NCBI RefSeq assembly: GCF_020745735.1
Contig: NC_083409.1
Coordinates: forward strand, 24,200,048-24,264,047
Length of the DNA: 64,000 nt
Direction of reading: 5' to 3'
Source: Hemiscyllium ocellatum
Taxonomy: Eukaryota
Below the pieces are notes generated by a model. That model was not told where the DNA came from and ran no database searches. It saw only the letters and a program-made list of their open reading frames with translations. A program made the translations under genes and the position numbers. This document shows positions 1 to 9,699 of the stretch, piece after piece (position 1 is the first letter of the stretch; each line of letters opens with the position of its first letter).

Positions 1-1049
1 GTTGAGATATCTGGTTTGTGCGGGTGAGTTGGGTCTGTTGTATAACTGATTCTGTGACCACTTGCCTTTTGACCCCCATGCTCAATCAATCTTTTGAGAT
101 GAAATATTTCGTGGCCAGAACTGTTTGGAGTTTAACATTGTTTTAAAAAAAGATGCATTTGTAATGAAGTCGATCTGTTTATTCTGTATATGAAAAAGAA
201 AGAGAATAAATCATTATTTTTAAAGATGAAATGATGGCGGAAGGTTGCATTTGACATAAAACCTGTATACTTGCTGCTGCAGAATATTATATGTTCATAT
301 AGAATATAATCAGTTCAGTTGGGTGGCTTTTTGAGATGTGCCTTAAAACAGTCTAGTGGGTGAAAGATTTCTCCAAAGTATTGAGTATTTTTGGAATGGA
401 GAACTGCCACATACGTTGTGATCCGACCCCCATGGTGAAACTTTTCAAATAATGAAATAGACAATATCACTGCCCATTCATATTCAATACCCTTTTATAC
501 ATGAAATATGACCTTTATTTTGCTTCCCACTTCCTTATCTTTATCTACTGAGGATCTAAAACCTGAATACAGACTGAGGTAACTAGTTGTTGTCAGGAAC
601 AACCACTTAACCCATGCTGTTACTAACTTAAGTGGGAACAAAATGGCTTCTCAATGCAAATAATATGACATAATGGCTTCTCGGTTGCAAATTGACAATT
701 CCGTTAAAAGCTGCATAAAATAGCTTTTAACGGTGTTCGAGCTGCATAATTGACTAATCACAGTCTGCCTCAACAGAGATTATCAGACAATGCTTCCTTT
801 ACAGCATAGATGTAACTAGACTAGATGAGACATTACTGGCCAATCTAACTGACCTTCAAGTGCAGATGGCAAGACTCGGTTAGTGAGGTTAGGGTGGCTT
901 AAGTGTTGGAAAACAAAGTTGGTTCCCAGGAAATATCATTGGACCGAGTAGCTGTCAGTTAAGATTGTTTCATAAGTTAGTTGGTAATTACCTGAATGTA
1001 CTATACGATAATGGCCTGTACCTTTCTTTAAGAGAAGTATAAAAATGTT

Positions 1050-1860
1050 TGTTTTAAGGGGTGTGGGTTTGCTCGCTGAGCTGTAGGTTTGATATCCAGG
1101 CGTTTCATTACCTGGCTAGGTAACATCATCAGTGGCGACCTCCAAATGAAGCGAAGCTGTTGTCTCCTGCTTTCTATTTATTTCTTCCTCCTGTATGGGG
1201 TTCCTGAGCTTTGTGGTGATGTCATTTCCTGTTCATTTTCTGAGGGTTTGATAGATGGTATCTAGATCTATGTGTATGTTTATGGCGTTGCGGTTGGTGT
1301 GCCAGGCCTCTAGGAATTCTCTGGTATGTTTTTGCTTAGCCTGTCCCAGGATAGATGTGTTGTCCCAGTCGAAATGGAGGGTTTTTTCATCCGTGTGTAG
1401 GGCTACGAGGGAGAGAGGGTTCTGTCTTTTTGTGGCTGGCTAGTGTTCATGTATCCTGGTGGCTAACTTTCTTCCTGTTTGTCCTATGTAGTGTTTGTGG
1501 CAGTCATTGCATGGAATTTTGTAGATGACGTTGGTTTTGTCCATGGGTTGTACTGGGTCTTTTAAGTTTGTTAGTTTTTGTTTGAGAGTGTTGGTGGGTT
1601 TGTGTGCTACTAGGATTCCGAGGGGTGATAGTAGTCTGGCTGTCATTAATGAAACTTCTTTGATATATGGTAAGGTGGTTAGGGTTTCTGGCTGTGTTTG
1701 GTCTGCTTGTCGTGGTTTGTTCTTGAGGAATCTGTGTACTGTATTTTCTGAATATCCGTTCTTCCTAAATACGTTGTGTAGGTGGTTCTCCTCTGTTTTC
1801 TGAAGTTCGTCTGTACTGCAGTGTGTGGTGGCTCGTTGGAATAGTGTTCTGATACAACTC
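1050..1860 (-). mobile_element. 5'-truncated Penelope-like element (RT thumb/GIY-YIG end plus 3' pseudo-LTR)
   Basis: ORF 1440-1646 contains VIYKIPCNDCHKHYIGQTGRKLATRIHEH (GIY-YIG with the PLE CxxC motif). Upstream minus-strand frames read SCIRTLFQRATTHC...LPYIKEVS. The 3' end carries a CTGATGA...GAAAC motif. Confidence 0.9.
1096..1135 (-). ncRNA. Minimal type-I hammerhead ribozyme motif in the PLE 3' end (probably inactive)
   Basis: Minus strand reads CCA-CTGATGA-T-GTTACC(TAGCCA)GGTAAT-GAAAC-GCC-TGG. Core boxes, helix II and a 3-bp helix I are present, but the cleavage triplet is GCC instead of GUC. Confidence 0.7.
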
Positions 1861-2335
1861 TCTTCCTTCTCGGGATTGGCTTGGCGACATTTCTGAGGTT
1901 CAAGGGTTAAGGCATGTCATTGCGATCATCAAAAAGAAGCTCTACTCTGTATCAAACCCCATGCTGACCCTGTTCTGGGGGTGTTTGACTGGGGCAGTGA
2001 TGTCCTGTGATGCCAAATCAAACCTATTGAAAATGCTGAAATCTGTCAGCTGTACAAAACAATGTGAACCTCAGAAGTCTCTGCTTCAGTAAAACAGACC
2101 TACTTCCTGCTCAGCTATCAGTTCCAATTTTAGGTTTTGTCACTGTTTAAAGGGACATGATTCTTAGGTTATTGAGAAAATCTCCACAAGTGTTTTCCTC
2201 AAGCTCCAATGTGGCTGTGAATTTGTGCAGCTTCCTCTGTCTGGGCTGTTCATTGTAGTCTGTTTTCTGTCAATGTCAATCTGGAAAAGGGAATAAAGAT
2301 GAAGAAGATTCAGTCTCTGTCTCGTGTGTGCTTTC
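1855..2335 (+). pseudogene. Orphan copy of the Ig light-chain C 3'UTR with poly(A) signal and no C exon
   Basis: Colinear with 62,100-62,575 and with the reverse complement of 7,260-7,740 (for example cagctgtacaaaacaatgtgaacctcagaagtctctgcttcagtaaa). AATAAA is at 2292-2297. Homology stops at the PLE junction. Confidence 0.9.
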
Positions 2336-2610
2336 TGTGACAGAGAATTCCACAGACTCACCGCTCTCTGGGTGAAGACATTTTTCCTCATTTCTGTCCT
2401 ATAGAGTTTACCTCTTAACCTTAAACTGTGAGCCTGGTTCTGGACTTCCCCACCATTGGGAACATCCTTACTCCATTTGACCTAGTCCAATTTTATAGCT
2501 TTCTCCAAGGTTCCCTTCCTTAACTGTTTTAAACTCCAGTGAACACAATCCTCAACAACTCAACCTCTCCTTATACATCAGTCCTGCCATCACAGAAATC
2601 AAATAGCATT
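2336..2610 (-). mobile_element. CR1-type LINE 3' fragment
   Basis: The minus-strand frame MRKNVFTQRAVSLWNSL is the typical CR1 ORF2 C-terminus. Confidence 0.75.
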
Positions 2611-3164
2611 CAGTAATTAATATTACTCAGCCCATTGTGGAATGTCGTGGAAATTAAATTGACTCGACGTGGCTATTAGCAAGAGCAACCAAAAAGAGCT
2701 TTATTAATTATCTTTACCCTCTGCATTGCAGGGGGACCACATGCACTTGACAAAAATGTCTTGTGCAAGGGCCCTGAGCATAATTCAGATATTTGACTTA
2801 TCCTGTTTCTTATCACACTCTCAAGGACAAAGACTGTGAAGATTTGAGTTGTTATTCTTTTCATTCCCTTGTTGTGGACAGACTGTTCTTATATTTTTCT
2901 CTTGTTGAATGTTTACAAAGTTCCTCGGAGAGAAGCTGTCCCTCGACTGCAGACTTCAGCAAAGTGTCAGAGAGTTTTAATTTTAGTCAAGCACTGTCTT
3001 TCAGGTTTCAGAGTAAATGGATTTCAGAGTAAATGTTAATTTTCCATTACATGGAACACAGACTTTGTAGGTCAGAGTTAGAAGACAATCACTGCCGGTT
3101 CCAAAATTCAGGCTTCGGGTCCAGTAATTTCAATGGAATCATTGGATACAATCTTACAACAGCA

Positions 3165-3390
3165 GAAAGATGGGAGGTGTAGATGGAGGGTGCAGATAGT
3201 GGTGTAGACAGTGGGTGTAGATGGTGGGTGCAAACAGAGGGACTAGACAGTGGCTGTGGATGCTGGGTGCAGACAGTGGGTACAGACAGTGGTGCAGACT
3301 GAGGGTGCAGACGGTGGGAGCGACTGGTGTTGTAGACAGAAGGTCCAGACGGTAGTTGCAGATGGTGGTGTAGACAGTAGTGTAGACAAG
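3165..3390. repeat. Degenerate 11-12 bp G-rich minisatellite (GGGTGCAGACAGT-like)
   Basis: Roughly 18-20 recurrences of gt(g/a)(c/t)agac(a/g)gtg variants are visible directly. Confidence 0.75.
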
Positions 3391-4023
3391 AGCAATATCA
3401 TGCGTGGTGACCACATGGGTGGCTGTGTGGAATCACACAGAGAGCAGCCAGTGAGCCTGACACAGTCCGGGACACCCCCTGGTGCTGAAGATCATGTTGT
3501 TGCTGGCAAAGGTCGCATTTCAACTGGAACTGCACTTCCTCCCTACACACTTCCCTCTTGTCCCCACATGCCTCACTCCAACCCCTGGATTGCCAGGCAG
3601 CACCCTGTGCCCTCACTCAGTCTCCGTTGACCTTGTCTCCATTAGCCTTGATGCTCCTCCCAAGCACTTACTTGGGCCTTCACTGAAGCTTGAGCCATTT
3701 CCTCTGACCCTTGATCATTGATTTGCCATCTTGGAACTGTCTAACCTAGTCACCATTAACCTGTACTGCCCTCTCAGCATGGAGCATAGATTGATACAGC
3801 ACAGAAAAGGCCCTTTGGCCCATTGAGTCTGCACTGACACAACTACCGCTAAAGGCACGCTAAGCTCAATTTCTTGCACTTATCCCAAATCCTTGCATGT
3901 TATGATATCTAAATGTTGTAAGGTTTCCAGCCTCCACTACCTTCCCTGACAGAGGGTTGTGTGTTTATAATTCATATCATGTCAGGCTCACGGAGTTTAA
4001 CAAAAGCTCCTGTTCTTTAATGT

Positions 4024-4328
4024 GCAGCGTGGTAGCTCAGTGGTTAGCACTGCTGCCTCACAGCACCAAGGGTTCGATTCCAGCCCAAGGTGACTGTCTT
4101 TGTGGAGTTTGCACGCTCCCGCTGTGTCTGTGTGGGTTTCCTCCCACAATCCAAAGATGTGCAGGTTAGATGAATTGGCCATTCTAAAATTGCCACAGTG
4201 ATCAAGAATCTGTCAGTCAGGGGAAATGTTGAGTAAAAGTGTAGGGGAATGTGTCTCAGGGAGTCTGACTTCAGAGGGTTGGTGTTGGCTTGTTGGGCCA
4301 AATGGCCTGTTTCCACACTGTGGAGTCT
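4024..4328 (+). mobile_element. HE1-like tRNA-derived V-SINE
   Basis: A-box TAGCTCAGTGG, B-box GGTTCGATTCC, and V-domain tgtggagtttgcac...cctcccacaatccaaagatgtgcaggtt. Confidence 0.85.
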
Positions 4329-5310
4329 GTGACAGTCCATTCCAGATTCCCATCACCCAGAATTAAAATCTTATTTCCCAAATCTCATTTATGATGTTCG
4401 TAATGAAACCATTCATTTTGTCTTGTCTCGTTTAGCTCTTGTGCTCCTTGTTCGATAAGTGTTTTTTTTCAATAAAATATGAGCCTCTTGATGGGTTGTT
4501 AACCTTGTCCAATCAGGGAGCCCCAGCTGACAGATAAAAAGGGGAGTGTCAGAAGGACTGATACTCTGGGACCTGACTCTGAATAACAACCTACCGACCA
4601 ACCCCCTCCTTCTGTCACCCTCAACCTCCCCATGCTTACTCTTGATTCCCCATCAATCCAGCTTGTGCTGCCTTTGGGAGAGGTTGGCCTTCCTTCCATT
4701 CCTAATGAGCTTATGCCCAAAACATTGATTACCCTGCTCCTCGGATGCTGCCTGACCTGCTACCGTTTCCCGGCAACACACTATTGACTCTGATCTCTAC
4801 CATCTGCAGTCTTCACTTTCTCCTTCCCTCCAGCACCCAGGAAAGTGGATATCATCCCAGAAGAGCATAGTCCCACTCACTCATTACAGACAGAGATGAC
4901 TGGTGGTGTGTTTAACCTGACGGTCTCGACAGCTGAGGCAGGAGGAGTGAAGGTGGCACCTTCATGGTGGTAGCACCCTTCATTAATCCACTGCAATTCC
5001 TCTTTGGGCTGCAAGAATTCAACCTCACTCACTGCTCTCCTCCCTGTAAGGTAATATTGCTGCATCTAGTTTAGAGCTAATTGACCATTGAAATATGACT
5101 ATGGCTAGTCAGCATTGGCTGAGCAGGCAGCCCATACTGCAATGATCCCAGCTCCAGAAAATCCCCTTGTAATTGGGGAGCACATTAGGGAGCACAGTGT
5201 GCACTGCCTCTGAAATCCCTCCCTTACTGAGAATACACTCTCAGTATTCACCTTTCTCAGCTGCCATCTCAATTTCACTGTAAATTCTGTGAACTATGAT
5301 CCTGCCCCAC

Positions 5311-5410
5311 TAGCTGCCTGATGAAGGAGCAGTGCTCTGAAAGCTTGTACTTCCAAAGAAACCTGTTGGACTATAACCTGGTGTTGTGTGATTTCTTAAC
5401 CTTGGCCAAC
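5311..5410 (+). mobile_element. Short PLE-derived element (family B) with a hammerhead core at 5318-5346
   Basis: CTGATGA-A-GGAGC(AGT)GCTCT-GAAAGC-TT followed by the ttccaaagaaacctgttggactataacctggtgttgtgtgattt tail. The paralogous copy is at about 63,500-63,600. Confidence 0.75.
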
Positions 5411-5580
5411 TCAATGAGCTGCCATCTCATACTGAGTTGTTTTTCTTCTGAGATTTGACAACATTAAAGCCTAATCTTCAATCCCCATCACAAAGCCCAT
5501 TCTCTACCCATCACTCAGAGATAAATACTTCAGAGACACCGACAGGCAGCACAGAGTAACACACTCCCACTCATTGAGAT

Positions 5581-5810
5581 ACAAAGTTAAAAATCACACA
5601 ACACCTGGTTGTAGTCCAACAGGTTTAATTGGAAGTACAAGCTTTCGGAGCGCCACTCCATCATCAGGTGGTTGTGGAGGATTCTTCCTTGATGATGGAG
5701 TGGCGCTCTGAAAGCTAGTGTGCTTCCAATTAAACCTGTTGGACTATAACGTGGTGTTCCGTGATTTTTAACTTTGTACACCCCAGTCCAACACCGGCAT
5801 ATCCAAATCA
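5581..5810. mobile_element. Fold-back (inverted dimer) family-B mini-element inserted after the duplication
   Basis: Arms at about 5581-5668 and 5688-5777 are reverse complements. The element is absent at the paralogous site (about 63,310-63,330). Confidence 0.85.
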
Positions 5811-6177
5811 TTGCACTGCCTACAGCCAGTGCAGAATAGCACACACACACACAGAGACACCTACAGGCAACACTGAGTAACACACACTCAGAGAGTCAGG
5901 CAGCACTGAGTAATGCTCCATGCTGCCTGTAGGTGTCTCTGTGAATAACTAACCCACTCTCAGATTGGCACCGACAGGCAGCATTATGTAGGACACTCGC
6001 ACTCAGAGGGACATGCAGCCTGCAGTGTCAGTGATTGGCCTCAGATTATTTCAGGTACAACACAGCATGCAGCAAAGAGTGCAGAGTGCAATCCCAGCAC
6101 CTGAGGCCTGGACCACAGAGTAAAGAGGGAATGCCTAAGATTGTAATTATTGAGTCCTCACAACTTTCTGTTTGTAG

Positions 6178-7075
6178 GTTAAAAACAAGGACTGCAGATG
6201 CTGGAAACTAGAGGCTAGATCAGAGTGGTGTTGGAAAAGCACAGCAGGTCAGGAAGCATCCAAGGAGCAGAAAAATCAACATTTTGGGCAAAAGGCCTTC
6301 ATCAGGAATAGAGGCAGGGTGCCTGCAGAGTGGAGAGATAAATAAGAGGGGGTGGGGAGAAAGTAGCATGGAGTACAATAGGTGAATTGGGGATGGGGAT
6401 GGAGGTGATAGGTCAGAGAGGAGGATGGGGGAAGGTAGCAAAGAGTACAATAGGTGAGTGGGGGTGGGAATTGAGGTGATAAATCAGAGAGGAGGCTGGA
6501 GTGGATAGGTGGAAAGGAAGATAAGCAGGTAGGACAGGTCATGAGGATGGTGCTGAGCTGGAAGTTTGGAGCTGGGGTGAGGTGGGGGAATGGGAAATGA
6601 GGAAACTGGTGACATCCACATTGATGCCATGGGATTGAAGTGTTCCGAGGTGGAAAATGAGGTGTTCTTCCTTCAGGCGTCGGGTGGTGAGGGAGCGACG
6701 GCGGAGGAGGCCCAGTGTGGAGTTCTGTCCTTGTTATGGTTGGAGGGGTGGGGTTTGAGGGCGGAGGGGTGGAATGTGGATGAGATGGAGGGCATCTTTG
6801 ACCACATGGGAAGGGAAATTGCAGTCTCTAATGAAGGATGCCATCTGGTGTGTTCTGTGGTGGAACTGGTCCTCCTGGGAGCAAATATGGTGGAGGCAGA
6901 GGAATTGAGAATATGGGATGGCATTTTTGCAGGAGGTAGGTTGGGAAGAGGTGGAATCCTTGGGGTTGGTGGGTTTTGTAAAATATGTCAGTGTCAAGTC
7001 GGTCATCATTAATGGAGATGGAGAGGTCCAGGAAGGGGAGGGAGGTGTCAGAGATGGTCCAGGTGGTCATTAATG
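6178..7075 (-). mobile_element. Penelope-like element fragment (RT C-terminal/thumb region plus pseudo-LTR, family A end)
   Basis: Minus frames read LPFLDLSISINDDRLDTDIFYK and CKNAIPYSQFLCLHHICSQEDQFHHRTHQMASF. The terminal segment is cctgatgaaggccttttgccc...tgcagtccttgtttttaa. Confidence 0.88.
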
Positions 7076-7296
7076 GAGATCTGTTAGGAATCTTGTAACC
7101 TCCACAGATTCCAGATCAAAGGGATAATTTGAAAGAGATTGATGATTGGCTGTCAGTATCCTCTAAAACAGATGTGTCATTGATTGACAGGCCAATGAGC
7201 CAATTGGCTGCATTTCAGCATGGCATTGTCACAATCAGCTGAATGGAGTGTTCAATCTCCAAAGCACACAGACACAGAGACTGAATCTTCTTCATC

Positions 7297-7302
7297 TTTA
7301 TT
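7297..7302 (-). terminator. Poly(A) signal of C1
   Basis: AATAAA on the minus strand about 530 nt after the C1 stop, followed by a GT-rich tract. The same position is seen in C2 and in the orphan UTR. Confidence 0.8.
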
Positions 7303-7829
7303 CCCTTTTCCAGATTGACATTGACAGAAAACAGACTGCAATTAACAGCCCAGACAGAGGAAGCTGCACAAATTCACAGCCACATTGGAGCTTGAGGAAA
7401 ACACTTGTGGAGGTTTTCTCAATAACATAAGAATCCTGTCCCTTCAAACAGTGACAGAACCTTAAATTGGAACTGGCGGCTGAGCAGGAAGGAGATCTGG
7501 TTTACTGAAGCAGAGACTTCTGAGGTTCACATTGTTTTGTACAGCTGACAGTCTTCAGCAACTTCAAGAGATTTTACTTGGCATCACAAATCAACCATGT
7601 CCCCATCAAACCCTCCCAGAACAGGGACAGCATGGGGTTTGACACAGCGTAAAGCTCTATTTACAGTGTCCCAATGACCTGCCTTAACCCCTGAAATTCA
7701 GAAGTGCCCCCTAGTCCAATCCTGAGAAGGAAGAGAGTTGAAATTCAGTGCTGACAATGACCTTTGTCCTGCCAGCTCAGCCCTGTTCTATTTAAAGTTG
7801 TGTCTCCTCTGTGGACTGTCTCAAACACT

Positions 7830-8158
7830 CTACACAAATTCTGATCTCCTGATGCTCTTGCTGAGGGGAGAGGGGAGGGTCACATGGGTGAGGGCACAGG
7901 AGAAGCGAGCGTTGGACTCCCAGTCAGACCCAGAGAGGGTCAGCAGGCTGCTGACACTGTAGGTGCTGTCCGAAGCTCGCAGGTAGTTGCTGGTCTGAAC
8001 CCCGTCCGAAATGACTGCACCATCCTTCTTCCACTGCACCTCCAGCTCATCGGGATAGAAGTGATTGGCAAGGCACATCAGGGTGGCAGTGCCCTTGGCA
8101 TTGATCTGTTCCGGGAAGGGGGGCAGCAGGGTTAGCTTGGGCTGAGAGTTGTCATGGC
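7830..8158 (-). CDS. IGKC: Ig kappa-type (NS4-like) constant exon C1; ORF open but ends SEFV* (interchain Cys lost) and has PPF for PPS
   Basis: Acceptor tctttcag| followed by (S)HDNSQPKLTLLPPFPEQINAKGTATLMCLANHFYPDELEVQWKKDG...FSCALTHVTLPSPLSKSIRRSEFV*. The C1-set Cys-Trp-Cys pattern is present; length 329 nt. Confidence 0.97.
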
Positions 8159-8284
8159 CTGAAAGACAAGAGAAACAATTTTAATCCCTGCCATTTGAAG
8201 TGATTTCAACTCTCAGAAAATGTTTGAACATTTGTAGCCAATACCTAACAAACCCCAGAAAAGAACAGGCATTGTTTAAGTTGC

Positions 8285-8615
8285 TTCTTGGGATGTGAGT
8301 GTCACTGGCAGGATCAGCATTTATTGCCCATCCCTAATCACCCAGAGGGCAGTTTAGAGTCAACCAAATTGTTGTGGGTCTGGAGTCACATGGTAAGGAT
8401 GGTAGTTTCCTTCCTTAAAGGACATCAGGGAATCAGATGGCTTTTTCCTGACAATCAACAATTGTTTCATGGTCATCATTAGACTCTTAATTGCAGATTT
8501 TTTTATTGAATTCACATTCCACCATCTGCTGCGGCAGGATTCTAACCCTGGCCCCCAGAACATTAATCTGGATCTCTGGATGAACAGCTCAGCAATAGTA
8601 CCATTAAATCATCAC
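8285..8615 (+). mobile_element. Unclassified shark interspersed repeat (SINE-like)
   Basis: cagcatttattgcccatccctaat...gagtcaacc...gtgggtctggagtcacatg; related copies at about 44,200-44,470, 46,300-46,340 and 60,200-60,530. Confidence 0.6.
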
Positions 8616-8739
8616 CTCCTTTATCTTATTTTTAGTTGAGAGTGAAAGCAAGAAGTTTGTTCTGAACAGGGTGATTAGGAAAAGCACAACTGAAAGACTC
8701 CCAGTTCATCCCAAAAAAGATTAGTTCCTTGAAAGTGGA

Positions 8740-9410
8740 GTTGCAGGTAGGTAGGGGGGTGACGAAGTCATTTGGCATGCTTTCCTTTATTGGGCAATGC
8801 ATTGAGTATTGGAGTTGGGAGTTGATGCACCTGTACAGGACATTAGTTTGACCCCTTTTGGAATACTGTGTGGAATTCTGGCCTCCCTGCTGTAGGAAAA
8901 ATGTTGGGAACCTTAAAATGGTTCATAAAAGATTTCCAAGGATGTTGCCAAGTTGGAGGGTTTATGCGATCGGGAGAGGCTGAATAGGCTGAGGCTATTT
9001 TCCCTGGATCGCTGGAGGCTGAGGGATGACCATATCGAGGTTTCTAACATAATGAGGGACATTGATCAAGTGAATAGAGAAGATATTTTGGCTAGAGTGA
9101 AGGAGTCCAGAACTAGAGAGCATAGGTGGAAAGTATCAGGAGAATGATTTAAATGAGAACTAATGCAGAACGTTTTCCTGCCGAGAGTGGTACATTTTTG
9201 GAATGAGCTGCCAGAGGAAGTGGTGGAGGCTGGTATGATAACATTTAAAAGGCATTTGGGTGAGTATATGAATAGGAAGGGTTTTGAAGGATATGGGCCA
9301 AATGATGACAAATGGGACTAGATTAATTTAGTTTATCTGGTCGGCATGGACAAGTTACACAGAAGGATCTATTTCTGTGCTGTACATCTCTCTGACACTA
9401 TGACTCTATG
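8740..9410 (+). mobile_element. CR1-type LINE 3' end
   Basis: LEYCVEFW / ERLNRLRLFSL / VVHFWNELPEEVV motifs and an (atgactct)n-like tail. The paralog is at 58,445-59,120. Confidence 0.85.
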
Positions 9411-9699
9411 TCTCTGTGGTTGGCATGGATGAGTCAGATCGAAGAGTCTGTTTCCATGCTGTACATCTCCATGACTCTCATTGTGTTTCAGTCAAGCCCT
9501 CAGCACCTCAGGCTCTCCCAAAGACGGTTACACTTTGCTTGAAAACCAGTCACTGTTGCAATTTCAGGAAAGGGACAGCCAATTTCTACACAGCAAGATC
9601 CCACTGGAAGCAATGAGATCAAAGAGAATTCTTCATGATTTTGGTTCAAGGATAAATACTGTCCTGAACTCAACCCAAAGAGAAAGGAATTTGGTTCAG

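Noticed and set aside
4030-4085. tRNA-like A/B boxes (also at 13,595 and 39,790)
   Set aside because: These are SINE heads followed by a V-domain and do not form a complete cloverleaf.
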